Shown: positions 1 through 14,233 of the stretch, one piece after another | How the letters are laid out: each line of letters starts with the position of its first letter | Position numbering within the stretch: the stretch's first letter is position 1 | DNA from: Octopus vulgaris | Taxonomy: Eukaryota | Length of the DNA: 64,000 bases | Assembly: GCA_951406725.2 (NCBI GenBank) | Contig: OX597817.1 | Span: 114,514,001 to 114,578,000 of the forward strand | Reading direction: 5' to 3' | Notes under the pieces: model-generated | Database searches by the model: none | What the model was told of the DNA's origin: nothing | The model's input: the letters and a program-made list of their open reading frames with translations, nothing else | Translations under genes and position numbers: made by a program

Positions 1-1328
1 TTTACATGTCACTGGTGTGAGTGCCTTCTTTGTGTCTCTGGCATTGGCCACAACTATGATTGCACTTGACTTGGTGTGTCTTCTCAAGTACAACACATTG
101 CCAAAGATCTCAATCACTTGTCATCACCCCTGTAAGACTCAACATCTAAAGATGAGTGAAATTATGTGGTTGGAAACTGTGTGGAAGCCCATCTGATGAA
201 CTGGTAATTCATGGTTTGTACTCCCTTATCTTAATAAGTCTCAGAAAGATTATGAACACTGTGCATCTACTGGCTACATCATAAAATACTATTGTGAAGG
301 CTAGTTAATAACAATGGTACATGACATTCACTTATATTCTCAATTCAAACCTCACCATGTTCTAGTGCTTTTGTCAACCTTCTGGAGTTGACAAAATAAG
401 TCTCAGTCAGGGCCAGATTAGACTTAGTGGCCCATATTGACCTATTCATAAGTCTGACTCTGGGGCCTGTCAAGTACTAAGATCTAGAAAGTCGCTGTCC
501 TCCAATTTCAGATTTGCTTCCCTTATAGTAAAGAGTGAAATCGCACTGCAGATTTTGGTTTTACTCTTTTCCATTCATTTTGCTATGTTTTTATGGATAG
601 AATATTCTGAAACAGCAATCCTGCTTCTGGTTTTCCTCCTAATGCAGCAAATGTGGAGCATATTTTTTGTGAGTTATATAGTTTATAGCCAAAAAAAAAA
701 AAAAAAAAAAAAAATATTTTGCACCTTGCAAGATGCAGAATGTGATTGTTTTGTAAGATATGAGCTTACAACCATATCGTCAGTAGACTAGCACCATAAC
801 CTCACATCTACCACATAACCACACACACACACACGCACACACACACATACATACATACATACATACATACATACATACATACATTGTGTGTATGGTATCT
901 GTGTAGGTTAATACTATGATACATTGAATGACATTGGAATACTGTGACATACTGTAGTATGATCAAAGTAATTATTGACTACAATTTTCTGTATGATTGT
1001 AGATCCTTGCAATTCTCTGTGTGAAATTTTGTAGCATATCATACAGCTAGGGCATATATAAAGTGTGACATAATGATATCCAGTTTCATTTCCTTATAGT
1101 AAAATTCAGTGTTTGCCAGTTAAACAGTCTATACATATCCATGTCAGATTGTATGGCAACATACTTCTGTAATATATTGTATGACAAAAAGATATCCAGC
1201 TTCCTTTCTTGAGAGTATATTATTGCAGTATATGGTAACATTCAATGTTTTGTAGAAAAATACTCTATACATACCCATATCAGACTGCATAGCAATATAC
1301 ATCTATGGTACATAGTGTGACATATATA

Positions 1329-1585
1329 AAAAAAATAAATGCACCCTTTTAAAGCCTAGCCAGGCTCATGAGCCTGTTTTCCCAGTTTCAATGGCATATG
1401 TGTTCAACAGCTGACAGGATGCTAGTCCATCCAGCGTTACTCATTTTTGCCAGCTGAGTGGACTGGAACAATGTGAAATGAAGTGTTTTGCTCAAGAACA
1501 CAACGCGTTGCCGGGTTCAGGAATTGAAACCACAATCTTACGATCATGATGCTGACACCCTAACCACTAAGCCATGTGCCTCCAC
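1329..1585 (-). mobile_element. tRNA-derived SINE with 15-bp target-site duplication
   Basis: Minus strand starts GTGGAGGCACATGGCTTAGTGGTTAGGG (A-box-like) with a later GGTTTCAATTCC (B-box-like). Flanked by direct repeat AGTGTGACATATATA at 1314-1328 and 1586-1600. Related copies at ~6900-7040, 9330-9470, 33690-33820 and 53870-54090. Confidence 0.85.
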
Positions 1586-1642
1586 AGTGTGACATATATA
1601 TCCTGCCCTATTTCTAGAGAGTATATTATTGCTGTATGCAGT

Positions 1643-2063
1643 TTAAGGCGGCGAGCTGGCAGAAATGTTAGCACGCCGAGCGAAATGCGTAGCCATATTT
1701 CGTCTGCCGTTGCATTCTGGGTTGGTTCAAATTCCGCTGAGGTCGACTTTGACTTTCATCCTTTTAGGGTCGATAAATTAAGTACCAGTTATGCACTGGG
1801 GTCAATATAATTGCCTTAATCCATTTGTCTATCCTTGTTTGTCCCCTCTGTGTTTAGCCCCTTGTGGGTAGTAAAGAATAAGGTATTTTGTGTCTTTACA
1901 TTCTGAGTTCAAATTCCACCGAGGTCAACTTTGCCTTTCATCCTTTCGGGGTCGATAAATAAAGTACCAGTTACGCACTGGGGTTGATGTAATCGACTTA
2001 ATCCGTTTGTCTGTTCTTGTTTGCCCCCTCTGTGTTTAGCCCCTTGTAGGTTGTAAAGAAATA
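1643..2063 (+). mobile_element. SINE with tandemly duplicated body and 16-bp TSD
   Basis: The body GTTCAAATTCC...CTTTCATCCTTT...GGGTCGATAAAT...GTAAAGAA occurs twice (~1724-1880 and ~1907-2062). TSD TATTGCTGTATGCAGT at 1627-1642 and 2064-2079. The central segment resembles the Nin/Deu-type SINE domain (from recall). Related copies at 3670-4060, 41260-41425 and 42570-42665. Confidence 0.85.
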
Positions 2064-2505
2064 TATTGCTGTATGCAGTAGCATTCAATGTTCAGTGGGA
2101 AAATACACCCTACATACTCATGTCAAACAGTGTGACAACATACTTCTGAACTATAGCGTGTGTGTTTGTAGGTTAAGTACGTAATAGAGGGGGTGGGGTT
2201 CTATGATACAGTCTACTTCAGAGTAATGTTTTGCTGAAAAATCTAGGAAATTCATTGTCAAGCTATTAATGGAGAAGTTCTAAATTCATTATGCTAAAAT
2301 ACTGTCTTTTCTGAGATGTAGATTAGGATTATGGTGTAGTCGAGAAATATATCTCACCAAAACCTCCAGATGTTTATGGCTGTTTTCCATTCTAATCCTT
2401 TACTTTACGGAATTGAATTGTGCCGACTCTTAGAATAGAAAAGATACAATAGAATAGAATAGATACCTAGATGATTAGAAAGTCAGATCTGTACTTACAC
2501 ATATG

Positions 2506-2550
<45 letters not shown>

Positions 2551-3248
2551 TCCTATATGCACACACTCACACAAATACACACAACACACACACACACACA
2601 CACATGAGTGAAAGAAATATAAACATGTGAATAATATACACAGGTATACACATTTCAAAAGTTATGTTGTTTTGTTATTAAAAGCATCTGAACAATAAAC
2701 ACAGGCAAAATTACATACAGCTATTTGATGTGTATTTGTGTATGTAAAAGATATAGTAAAAGAAAGAAGGGGGAAAGAACGAGAGATATATTACTTTATA
2801 TCACTAATGCTCTCGAATAAGTCATGCAAGTTAAATCCTTCATGTTCCTGTCTTCCATGAATCTTAAAGTCTAACTGTGTTCAAAATCCTCTATATACTG
2901 GTATAATATATTTGTTTGATGAGTCTGTGTGTGTGTGTGTGCGTATTATTCTGTTGTGTGAATGTTTTGACAGTGACTTCGAAGCTTCAGTCAGCTAAGC
3001 CATCGTTGGACTGTAATTCTTTAAGTTAATCTTGGCTTTATATAGTCTCTATTGAGATAAAATTCTTCTGGGGTTTGTGAGGTTCAGTTGAATGGCAATT
3101 AAGTTGTAGGCTGGGTTGTGATGGAGAGGTGTTGTGGAGAATTTCTTATTGATTAATTTTGGGATTATGTTATTGTTCAGAATTTATTCATGCATGTAGA
3201 ACTTTGTAAACATGTGTATATATTTATGTATGTCAGTTTATATGTATG

Positions 3249-3302
<54 letters not shown>

Positions 3303-3409
3303 CATCATATATTTATGATATATGTGTATATATGTATCTGTGTGTGTGTGTATACATATATATATATATATATATATATGTGTGTATATGTAGCACTTTT
3401 GCTATGTGA

Positions 3410-3590
3410 TCATATTGCCACAACTTGTAGTGGTTTTGAGCAAATCTAGGGCATTTGTCCATGATATGAGCAATGGTTTCATTCACTCAATTGCAGAGAC
3501 ACTTGCTTATTCCTAAGGTTGACCCTCCAGTTCGTGACCAAAGCTTGGTCTTGTGCTGCCAGTATAGTGCTCTCAGTGTCTTTTTTAGTG
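3410..3590 (-). mobile_element. R4/Dong-like LINE fragment (post-RT region and zinc knuckle)
   Basis: Minus-strand translation KKDTESTILAAQDQALVTNW, then after a frameshift ETIAHIMDKCPRFAQNHYK. This parallels LKAETEGFLIAAQDQSL and ETINHIISGCSVLAKKEY in the LINE at 26.6-28.0 kb. Abuts a (TTG)n(TAG)n microsatellite. Confidence 0.75.
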
Positions 3591-3604
3591 TTGTTGTTGT
3601 TGTT

Positions 3605-3658
<54 letters not shown>

Positions 3659-3826
3659 AGACATTTTGTCCATCCTTATGCTCTAACTTTAAATTCAACC
3701 GAGGTCGAATTTGTCTTTCATCCTTTTCAGGGCCTATAAAATAAGTACCAGCTAAACACTGGGGTTGATGCCATCTTACTCCCCCCTCCCCCCCAAATTT
3801 CAGGCCTTGTGCTTATAACAGAAAGG

Positions 3827-3877
<51 letters not shown>

Positions 3878-5502
3878 GTTATTATTATTAAGGCATTTTG
3901 TCTGTCTTTACATTTTGAGTTCAATTTTCACTGTCATCAACTTTGCATTTTATCCCTTTCAGGTTCTATAAAATAAGTACCAGTTAAAATCTAGGGTCAA
4001 TGAAAATGACTTATCTCCTCTTACAATCTTGCTGACCTTGTGCCAAAATTTGTAACCATTATTATGCTATTGTAGGCTGTGCATCATGGAACGTGTGAGA
4101 TTCTTATTTCTACATCATTGGAGAGTTGAAATGTTTGCCTGTTGGCATCCAAGTTCCTTTCAGCAAACACTAAATAGTTTGGTCATGGTATCTGACATTA
4201 GTTTGTCATTAAAATGTGCTATCTTTGTTTTAAGTTTTGTTTAATGATTTTGCTGCTATTACAGTTTCTATAACCTATTGCTTGCTGTCTTTTTATTTTC
4301 TATTTAAAATAGTTGCTTTATCAACTAATGTTTTGTTTTGTGTAATATATTATTTTGCAAAGGGTATTTTTTTATATAGTACTTTGTAATGGTTCTTTAT
4401 TGTAGAAGCATACTCAGACAGTAAGAGTGCGTGTTACTTGTATGTCTTATATAAGATTACAGTCATGAAGTATACGGCTTTCATGTTTACATCTCAATTT
4501 ATAAATTACAATAGTCCTCAGGTTAATTTGTTCAGACATTGAAAGACTTTTGCTTTGTAGTTCTTATGAAGAGCTTTTTATGTATGTATATATTAATTTT
4601 TGTTTTTGTAATATATTATTAATGCTAATTTATCATTGGGAGTGTGTTTCATGTTGTATCCTGTCTGATGAGGTTTTTAATAACAAGTTCATCACTTGTT
4701 TTGTAATTTGTTAACACTTCGTTCATATTTCACCTTTAATCTTTTACTTGTTTCAGTCATTAGACTGTGGCCATTAAGTTGAGCAAATAACCCTAGTAGC
4801 AATTTTTGTAAATCCAGTATTTATTCTATCAGTTTCTTTTGTCAAACTATTAAGTTAAGAGGGACATAAATAAACCAACACCAGTTAGCAAGTGATGGGA
4901 GCAAGGTCAGGCATAAACACAAGGACACACACATATACATACATATATACATATATATAAATTAAATGATAAGGGTAAAAATTGATTTTGATTAGATTAA
5001 TATCAATTTAAACCAGTGGCCTAGCATACTGAAAAAAATCTGAAGATTCAGAAAATTATATTACATACATATAAGAGGAATGATCACTAGGTGGATTTCT
5101 GATATGCTAAAGGTAGACCCCATATGGTCTGACCACTAAGAAAAATTGTTCTCAAGAAAATTTGGCAGATTTGAACGTATATCAGTGTTTCATTGATCTC
5201 ATTAGGGTCATTAGGTCAATGAAACAACACTAGAAGTCAAGCCTCTACTAAATGCATTTCTCTTGTAGTTGATGTATGGAAAATATGATGTCATTGATTC
5301 CTCATTCAGCATGAAAACTGATCAAGACTTTGCATGAAGGAATATCTCGATGTTTTGAATGATCCTTTCATAAATGATTCTACTCAATGTTACTCCCTAT
5401 TATATATTTTCCATGCAGGGTATAGAGATATCCTGAGAATTACTGCATATGTCTTTTACTATCTTTTAGTTTTTTCAGAGCAACACCTTCAGCAATGTTG
5501 TT

Positions 5503-5871
5503 GTTACCTCTGCCTTAGTGAAGGTGGAGGTATTGCTTCAGTCGTGTTAGTGTGTTTGTTTGTCTGTGGACAAGATATCTCTAGAACTGCTGGATGGATA
5601 CTGATGAAACTTTCAGTGATGTTTAGCTTCATGACTGGCATGAACTGATTAAATTTTGGGATCAATCGAGCACTGGACAAGGATTCTGGATTAGTTTTCT
5701 TGTTTTTTTACCTAATTTTTGAGAGCAGTCAGGTTCATTTTTAGTATTCTCATTTGTGAGAGCAGTCAAGTTTATTTAAGATATTCTCATTTTAAAAATC
5801 ATCTCTGGCTAATCGTTGAGAAGATGTTGGTGTTACCTTGTAGGAGGTTTGTACTCCCTAAGTGCTCTTGT
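5503..5871 (+). mobile_element. Helentron-associated non-autonomous element (DINE-1/HINE-like)
   Basis: 5' TTACCTCTGCCTTAGTGAAGGTGGAGGTA hairpin, then a GTTTGTTTGTCTGT microsatellite. The 3' subterminal inverted copy CCTTGTAGGAGGT is followed by a short hairpin (GTACT..AGTGC) and TT. This is the DINE-1/HINE layout. Confidence 0.65.
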
Positions 5872-6294
5872 TAATATTGTATTTGTACATCAATCAAATC
5901 AGAGGAATCCAATAATTGAAAATTAATGTTTAAAATCAGCCTCCAAAATATTTGTATGTTCATTTGTTTTGGTAATGAAGATATTCAGGAGAATGTTGAA
6001 AATGTTAAATTGCCTCTCCCACCAAATTTTAGGTGTGCAAATGCATCCACTGCACCCCCTGTTCTTGAACCTTTGGAAATGTTTTAAGAGAAAACGGGGA
6101 ATAAAAGGAATCAGCTGTAGTATGCAATGAAGAAGAATGTGTTGGTTTGGTATGTGATGTATTTGGAGTAGGATAGGTGTATAAAGAAATGTCAAGAGCT
6201 TATGGGAGATGGAATCTATGGAAGAGGAAGACCAGAAAATAACAGGATGAGATGGTGAAGGCTGATCTTAGGATGTTGAGACTCATGAAAGAAG

Positions 6295-6594
6295 TTAGTT
6301 GTTTGTTCCTTCTCGAGCCATGCCTGACTCATAAGGGCTGGTTTCCCGGTTTCCTTGGCGTATAGGTTCTCCACCTAGACAGGTCGCTGGTCCATTGCAG
6401 GTGAACTGCAAGTTGCAGGAGGAAAGAGCAAGAGAAAGTTGTGGCGAAAGAGTCAGCAGAAGTTCGCCATTACCTTCTGTTGGAGCCACGTGGAGCTTAG
6501 GTGTTTCGCTCATAAACACACACATCGCCCAGTCTGAAATTTGAACCCACGATCCCACGATCACTGCTCTAACCACTAGGCCATGTGCCTCCAC
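6295..6594 (-). mobile_element. tRNA-derived SINE inserted into an RTE-like LINE 3' fragment
   Basis: Minus-strand head GTGGAGGCACATGGCCTAGTGGTTAGAG...GGTTCAAAT. TSD-like CTCATGAAAG(A/G)AG on both sides (~6282-6294 and 6595-6607). The flanks (6100-6690) resemble the RTE C-terminus (..RGRP..). Confidence 0.75.
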
Positions 6595-7131
6595 CTCATG
6601 AAAGGAGTGACAAAGGACCATAATGATTGGTGATACGATACAGTATGCTCTCAACGCATAATGTGTATGTGCACAACTGTGTCCCTGCCAAATCTACAAC
6701 TGATGCTTCTTCTTGTCTCCTCACCCAAGCTTCTGGTCTGCCACCATGATCCAGTGTTGACATACATTCCTCATTCATAATGTCAACCATCATCACCCTT
6801 GCATATACTTGTCTCTCACTCTCCTCCCACATGTAGCCTTTAACTCCACTCCTTATCATCTTAATGCTTATCCCTCCATCACTCTCCTATTTACTATTGT
6901 AAAGGTGTGTGGCTTAGTGGTTAGGTCTATTCAGCTCATGATCATAATGTCATGAGTTCAATTCCTGGTAGCACATTGTGTCCTTAAGCATGACACTTTA
7001 TTTCACATTGTTACAGTCCACTCAGCTGGCAAAAGTAAGTTGTACCTGTAATTCAAAGGGCCAGCATTGCTACATTCTGGGTGCCATGCTGAATCTCCTT
7101 CAGAACTATATATATATGTATATATATATAT

Positions 7132-7893
7132 AGTAGAAATATGTTACAAAAAGAAAATATAAAATACACGTGGAAATGGAAGGGTAAAATATGAAAAATC
7201 AACAAAAAGGCACATTGCAAATAAATTTAAGATCAAATCAAATTTGTCATGACATGCATAGGATGTGGTAAACGCTATATTGGACAAACAGGAATTTCGC
7301 TCCGTCAAAGAACCACCATTCATAAAGAGCAAATCCGCCACCCTCAATACAGACAGTTAAAGGTGAGTGAACACATAGAAAGGTATGCCAGGAATCTTAA
7401 TCCCAATTTCCAAATCTTTCCCTTTTATCAATGTTCACAGAACACCACAATTCAACAAAGGTTGAATAAAGAGGCATTTTCATCAATAAATATTTCCCCC
7501 AACTAAATATGAACACACAACTCAATACAGAACACCACTAACTCTTCAATTGAAACCACTAACCCCTATACACTTCCTACACCACTCACATCTCTAAATC
7601 CAGAACTACTTAACTCCCTTACAAATAATCTTTTTTACAAATCTCAGGAACTATTAGACCTGACACCGTGTATTAGCCGGTGTTTTCAAAGCGATGAATA
7701 GATTTTTGCCAAAACCATGGTTCGCTTTGTTCTCTTACTTTATTATCATCTTATAATCATCTCATAATAATGACTTTTATGACTCTTATTACTTCCTCAG
7801 TCCATCTAAATGTATATATTTGTCGTTACCTATCATAAAAAGCCTTTTTTTATTTGCAATGTGCATTTTCGTTGATTTTTCATAATTTACCCC
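7132..7893 (+). mobile_element. 5'-truncated Penelope-like element: GIY-YIG endonuclease remnant, 3' UTR and terminal inverted repeat
   Basis: ORF 7249-7506 reads CIGCGKRYIGQTGISLRQRTTIHKEQI..VSEH..RLNKE (YIG and downstream R/H/E residues of GIY-YIG). 7181-7224 is an inverted copy of ~7850-7893. Embedded in (TA)n on both sides. Confidence 0.8.
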
Positions 7894-9739
7894 TATATAT
7901 ATATATATATATATATATTCATGCACACACACATATGCACATACAAGCATATGCACATGCATCCGTGTGCACACACACACATACTGGTATGAATATACAT
8001 ACATCTTCACATACATAGACATACATTATTGTGATCATCATTTAAAGTTCACTTTTCCATGCTTTCATAGGCTGGACACAATTTGTTGAGGCAGATTTTC
8101 CACAGCCACTTTCCCTTTCTGTTGCCAAGCCTCACCTTTTTCCAAGTAAGATAATATTTCCCCCAGACCAAACATATTTTCACGGATGACCAGCAATGCA
8201 AGACACTCCTTGCATGATTGTAACAAGCATTTATAACTATTACATGAGATCAGAGTTTTGGATACAGTCTCTCTCTCTCTCTCTTTCACACACACACACA
8301 CACACACACCTGATGGGCTCCTTTTAGGTCTTGTCTACCAAATCCACTCACAAATCTGCTCATGGCTATAGAAGAAGACATTTGCCCTAGGTACTATGCA
8401 GCAGGACTGAACCTGAGATAGTGTGATTGAGAAGCAAACTTCTTACTACACAGCTGTCCCTGTGCCTATCCTCATATATATTTTAATATTTTCACACATG
8501 CATAATATTGATAAGTAGATGTATGTATGTATGTACGTATGTATGTATGTACACACACACACACACACACACACACATGTTTATATGTATGTACTTATGT
8601 TTATATTTAAGTGGTTAAATGCATCAGAGGAATAGACAGGCTTGGCATGTGATGTTTTCTTTGATAAATAATAAATATAGCATTCTTTAAAAAAAATTAG
8701 CAGCTATGTTGATTGATAAACATTATCAATAAATGAATAGTTCTTCACTTCAGATAGCAGAACAGAAATCTTAGCTGTAATGCAGAAAACACCTCAGTGC
8801 CATCTCATACATATTAGCCCAGTAATAAATAAATAGAAAACTAACAACAAACAAATAGAAAACTAAGTTCAAAATCAAGTTCATGAAATGTTTTTGAATT
8901 CAATATTTTTAATTCTTTGACATGAAGAAAATGGTTTTAGAAAGAAGTATTTTCCAATCTTTAGAACTGGAAATAATTATTCAAATTCTATCAGATGCGT
9001 TGTGATAAAGCCAGAGGAGTGACTTAAAACATACACAAACTTGGAGCTGATAAAGGTGCCACTATACAGTTGCATGACTTACTAGAAATGAGAGTGAAAT
9101 AACTCTTAAATCACATCCATGACCATTCTGCTTGCTCAGGGACATCTGGCACTCTGTCATTTATGACAACAAGGGTTCTACTTGATTCAATGAATGTAAC
9201 AGCCTGCTCATGAAATTAATGCGCAAGTGACTGAGGCCTCCACAGAGATGCATACCCTTAATGTAGTCCTCAGGGAGACTAAGTGTGATACAGGATGTTA
9301 CAAGGTGTAGATCCTTTGAGTTACCGGCAAAACTCAGTTTTGCAAGCTGAGTGGGCTGGAACAACATGAAATAAAGTGTTTTGCTCAAAGATACGACACT
9401 CCACTGAGAATTGAACTGACGACCCCATGCTCAGAAACCGAATACCCTAACCACTAAGTTAGGTGCCTTCATTCAGGGATATGTTAGCCCATCTGCTCTT
9501 CATTTTTTTTTTGCAAGATGATGGTGTGTGATTTGAGGTAGATTTAATTGTCATTAACCACAATCTATGTTATAAGTAAGGGATTTTTTTTGTGTGTGTG
9601 TGTCCCCTGTTGTCTTTGAAAATGCAGAATTAGAGAATGATTTGTTCATATGGAATGTCATAATAACGTCGCTGTTTTTGCACAAATGGTTTCATGGCAA
9701 GAGGCAGAACATAATCATTTTCGCAGACCACATACACGT

Positions 9740-9793
<54 letters not shown>

Positions 9794-9943
9794 TCAAGTT
9801 CCACTCACAAATCATCAGCTGGTTTCAGGCTATTGTAGAAGATTCTTACCGAAGGTGGCATACAGTAAGATAGAACTTGCAATCACATGCTTACTAAGTA
9901 AAGTTAGTATCCACACTGCTATACCTGCGTGCATGCATATGTA

Positions 9944-9979
<36 letters not shown>

Positions 9980-10699
9980 ATGTATGTGTGTGTAAGTATA
10001 TATATATATATATATAATGTATGTGTGTGTATGTCCATATATGTGTGTGTGTGTGTGTATGTATGTGCGTGTCTGTCTGTTTGCTTGTGTGCATTGCCTT
10101 GTGTATGTATATGTGCATATTGATTGAACTGTTGTATCTGCAGACAAACTCAGCAAAAGTTGTTTGACTAATTCTTCTTGCATCAGAATTTTACATCAGA
10201 CATTTTCTCTGCAGTTTTCATATCAGAAAAGCAACGTTTGTTGTGTCATGTTCTGGCACCAAACCAAATTGTTTATGCTGTTGATATTAATTTCATTTCG
10301 ACCCTGTATCACATTGATCATCTTCCGTAACTCTTATATTCCTTTGCCAATTAGTTTCCAAAACTTCTGTAATTTCCTCCCCTGAGAATAACTGGCTATA
10401 AATCTCATTTTAATCTTCAATGGGACATCCTTGTCATTCAGTAGTTGTCAGGTTAAGGTGCCAGACCGCAAATCAATATGATTAGGGACTTTTAAACTAG
10501 CTTATAGCTATTTGTAGGCCTTCTGAGATATTCATTTGTAAACATATTTGCTCAAATTGTTTGTATGTGTTTAAAAGAATTGTAATGCTCAATGAAGATA
10601 CACAGCTTCTATGAAACAGAGTTGTCTCCCATCGCTACAACTTGGTGGCATGTTTTAAAATACACCACATCTTATATAGATACTGGAGTATCATTTATT

Positions 10700-10932
10700 T
10701 ACTCTTACTCTTTTACTCTTTTACTTGTTTCAGTCAGTTGACTGCGGCCATGCTGGAGCACCGCCTTTAGTCAAGCAACTCGACACCGGGACTTATTCTT
10801 TGTAAGCCCAGTACTTATTCTATCGGCCTCTTTTGCCGAACCGCTAAGTGACGGGGACATAAACACACCAGCATTGGTTGTCAAGCAATGCTAGGGGGAC
10901 AAACACAGACACACAAACATACCCGCACACAG

Positions 10933-10999
<67 letters not shown>

Positions 11000-11173
11000 C
11001 ATGTATACAACAGGCTTCTTTCAGTTTCCGTCTACCAAATCCACTCACAAGGCTTTGGTCAGCCTGAGGCTATAGTAGAAGACACTTGCCCAAGGTGCCA
11101 TGTAATGGGACTGAACTCGGAACCATGTGGTTGGTAAGCAAGCTACTTACCACACAGCCACTCCTGCGCCTAT
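10700..11173 (-). mobile_element. Full-length copy of the dominant tRNA-derived SINE (internal CA/TA microsatellite, (AAGAGT)n-like tail)
   Basis: Minus strand starts GGCGCAGGAGTGGCTGTGTGGTAAG..GTTCCGAGTTCAGTCC. Many diverged copies elsewhere (e.g. 8310-8470, 11205-11590, 15190-15345, 18420-18560, 33825-33975, 35945-36115, 42715-42880, 62720-63090, 63550-63700). Confidence 0.85.
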
Positions 11174-12865
11174 ATTTGTTAACAATTTTTTATCATGTCA
11201 TAGGTGTAGACCTGACTGTGTGGTTATGAAGCACATTTTGCAACCATGTGGTTTTGGGTTCAGTCCCATTATGTGGCACCTGAACAAAGTGTCTTCTAGT
11301 ACAGCCCCAAGCTGACCGATGCTTTGTGATTGAATTTGGTAGATGAAACTGTGGAAGCTTATTGTGTAATCTATATATGTATGTATATCTATATATGTAT
11401 GTGTGTCTGAGTTTGTGTTTGCCCCACCAACTACTGGACAACTGCTGTTGACTTGCTTACATCCCTGTAACTTAGTGGTTCAGCAGTAAAGAGCAATAGA
11501 ATAAAGTAGCAAGGATAAATTTGTTTGATTAAATCTTTCAAGACTGTACTTCAGCAAGGCCACAATCTAATAAATAAAACAGATAAAAGATAATATATTT
11601 CATAGAATAAACATCATCTAGTTTTTCGCTGTCCATTCTTTATTTCTTCTAAAAGAGAAATGTTCTGGAAGACAGCTAAATTTAAAAACATTAGCTTTCT
11701 TTTGTGATTGTCTGGCTAACTTCAACAACCCTGTGTCTGTATACAACCATTGAGCATTATCTTTAATATACCATTTTGAAGATAAATAAATTACTAAAAT
11801 ATATATGATGTTGCTTTCTTAATCAAGAACCTCTTACTGTAAGCTTTTATAGCTTTGTAGTATATCTTAACAAATAAATCATCTCTTTACCTCTCTGTCT
11901 GTCTTTCTCTCTGGCTGTTCATCCACCCAGCTATCCATGTTGTGTGTATGTCTGCCTGCTAATTTATATATTATCTTTTGGCCCTTGAATTCTAAATCTC
12001 TAATAATAGATCTGTTACTGGTTGTCTGTGGACATAGATCTCTCCCTTTGCCTCTTATTTTTAGAATTTTCTTCCCTATCCTTTTCCTAATATAACAGGT
12101 CATGTGTGGCACGTCTTTGTGCTGAGCTTAACCATATTTGATTGTTTCCACCTACTGAAAGATCAATATAAAAACAAAAAGACAAAAAAGGACTACTTGA
12201 CAAATATGTAGTCTTCTATAGGTTAACCTGTCGCTTGTAAGGCTGTGGGAGGATTTCTTCTTACTAGAACTTCTAAGAGTAATATTTCTGCTTTCATTTG
12301 ACCCTGAAGCAACTGCAATTTCTTCCTTCTTTCCTCACATCAACCTCTTTATGTTTGGAATACTGGCAACTGGAACTACCGTACATGATTACACAGTTGT
12401 ACATAGTATAACAATTCATTGATGATGATGATGATGATGACAATTCTGGTGGCGGTGGTGAAGGAAAAGAATAACTGCTAATAATTTGCTTTCATTCTGG
12501 TTGCTATTGTTGTCTAATACCCAGGTCACCTCTGATTGAAAAGGCCTGTGGCATGGCATGCATGCATGCAAATAGTTGGTCGAACACCTTGGCATGATCC
12601 ACATATTTAATGCTCTGCATATACCTTGCTTTTTCCTATCTGAGAACCACAATTCTTATACTGACATACAGTGAAGGATTGTATGAAATTCATTCTGTTT
12701 TTCTGCATCTGATTCCAGTGGTGATCATAACAGAGACGGGGAAAGTGGACTTGGTTGGAATATGTCAGTTACTGTCTCTTTGTATTCAACATTGGTGTCG
12801 TTCATTGGTGTTGTTCATCTCAACACAGTGAGACTAATGAAGCTAGATTTATTCTTGTATGTTCA

Positions 12866-13052
12866 AAGAGGTGCTGGAAAGTTCCTGGCTTTAAGGGATT
12901 CCGATCCCTTATATAAGGCTTAGAAAAACTGAAGGACCATTGCTATAAGCACGTGGATCTGAGTGGGGAATATATTGAATAAAATCATAATTAACTGATC
13001 CTCCTGTATTTTCTTTTACCCAAAACCAGGGACTTTTCAGTGCCTTATCGTA
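12866..13052. mobile_element. Mariner-derived MITE
   Basis: Imperfect terminal inverted repeats GGTGCTGGAAAGTTCCTGGCTTT and AAAACCAGGGACTTTTCAGTGCC. No coding capacity. Confidence 0.6.
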
Positions 13053-13920
13053 TATATTTTTAATGTTTCTCTGTACTGAAAGGAAGAAACAGCATTGTAA
13101 CATTATAGCTGCTGCTGTATTGTTTTGAGATATTGTATGTATGTGTATGAATTTTTGGAGATGATTACTCATATAGTAGAAGAGACTGTGTGGGTTGGGT
13201 GCTGCTGTGTTCTGGTGATTTGCCATCTGTTTCACTTGAATATACATATGTTTATGGAGCTAGTCAATTAACGAAGTATTTGATTGGATTTTTAGGATAT
13301 AAACATCCCATCATTATTGTGTATGGTGTTTTTGTCAGAAATCTATGTTGGATATTGGGTTATCAATGCAAAGGTCTTGAGTTCAAAAAGAAAAAAAGAA
13401 AAAAAAATGAAAATTTTGAATGCATTCTACAGCATATTTGGACAGTGCATTTAATTCTGTATGCCTTGGCTCAATTAGCTGTCAAATCATTTGAGATGAT
13501 TTGGAAAACCTTGACTGGAAGGTCAACCATAATGCATATTGATGTGCAAAGAATATCCATAAGGCTCTCATAAAAGATAATGTGCATTCAAGGAAAGAAT
13601 AATGTACTCTAAGAAGCAAAATGTTGATGTGTTCTAGGATATTAAAAACCAAAATAAAGGAAAATAATGTTGGATATTGAACATTGAAATATAGATGTAA
13701 ACTGTTTGGAAGTATTATCATTATAGACTGTCATTAATTCAGACATTTTAATTGGAAAACAGAATCATCTTTGACACCTCTTCATGTCAAAATAATATGA
13801 GGGAACTCCACCCAAAAGAAAATAACAATTAATTAATCTCAGAAAGTTTCCTTGATATTAAAAGTATTTGACTTTCTAGAATTTAAAAAAAATAATGATT
13901 ATAGTGATGAATGCTATAAT

Positions 13921-13974
<54 letters not shown>

Positions 13975-13989
13975 AAGAAGAAGAAAGGA

Positions 13990-14150
13990 AGAGAGAGAAA
14001 AACTAGGAAGGAATTCAATATGAATGGAAGACTTCATCATAGAGTAGGAGTAGCAAGATTGTTTTTACCTTTAAAGGAAGATGGTTGAGGTTTAATATCA
14101 GGAGGAGACTGTGTAGAGTTAGTTAGGGTAGATATAACCTCCTATGTAAT
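13990..14150 (+). mobile_element. R4/Dong-like LINE RT C-terminal fragment
   Basis: Translates RKTRKEFNMNGRLHHRVGVARLFLPLKEDG*GLI, homologous to DRKTRKIMTGSRMHHPKSD..EGGRGL in the LINE at 26.8 kb. Immediately follows a (TAA)n tract at 13923-13971. Confidence 0.7.
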
Positions 14151-14233
14151 AGTGTGGACATTTTGTTGAGCTGCTAGTATAACAGTAGAAGGTAGGGAAA
14201 CCAAGAGGCCAAATGTAGTTAAAAACCCAGAAA

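Larger units (their letters stand above)
1060..2150. repeat. Degenerate ~120-140 bp tandem repeat (about 3 units) interrupted by two SINEs
   Basis: Recurring blocks GTGTGACA..GATATCC, GAGTATATTATTGC, CATTCAATGTT and TACATA..CAT.TCA at ~1060-1180, ~1180-1320 and 1586-1642 continuing at 2064-2150. Confidence 0.6.
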
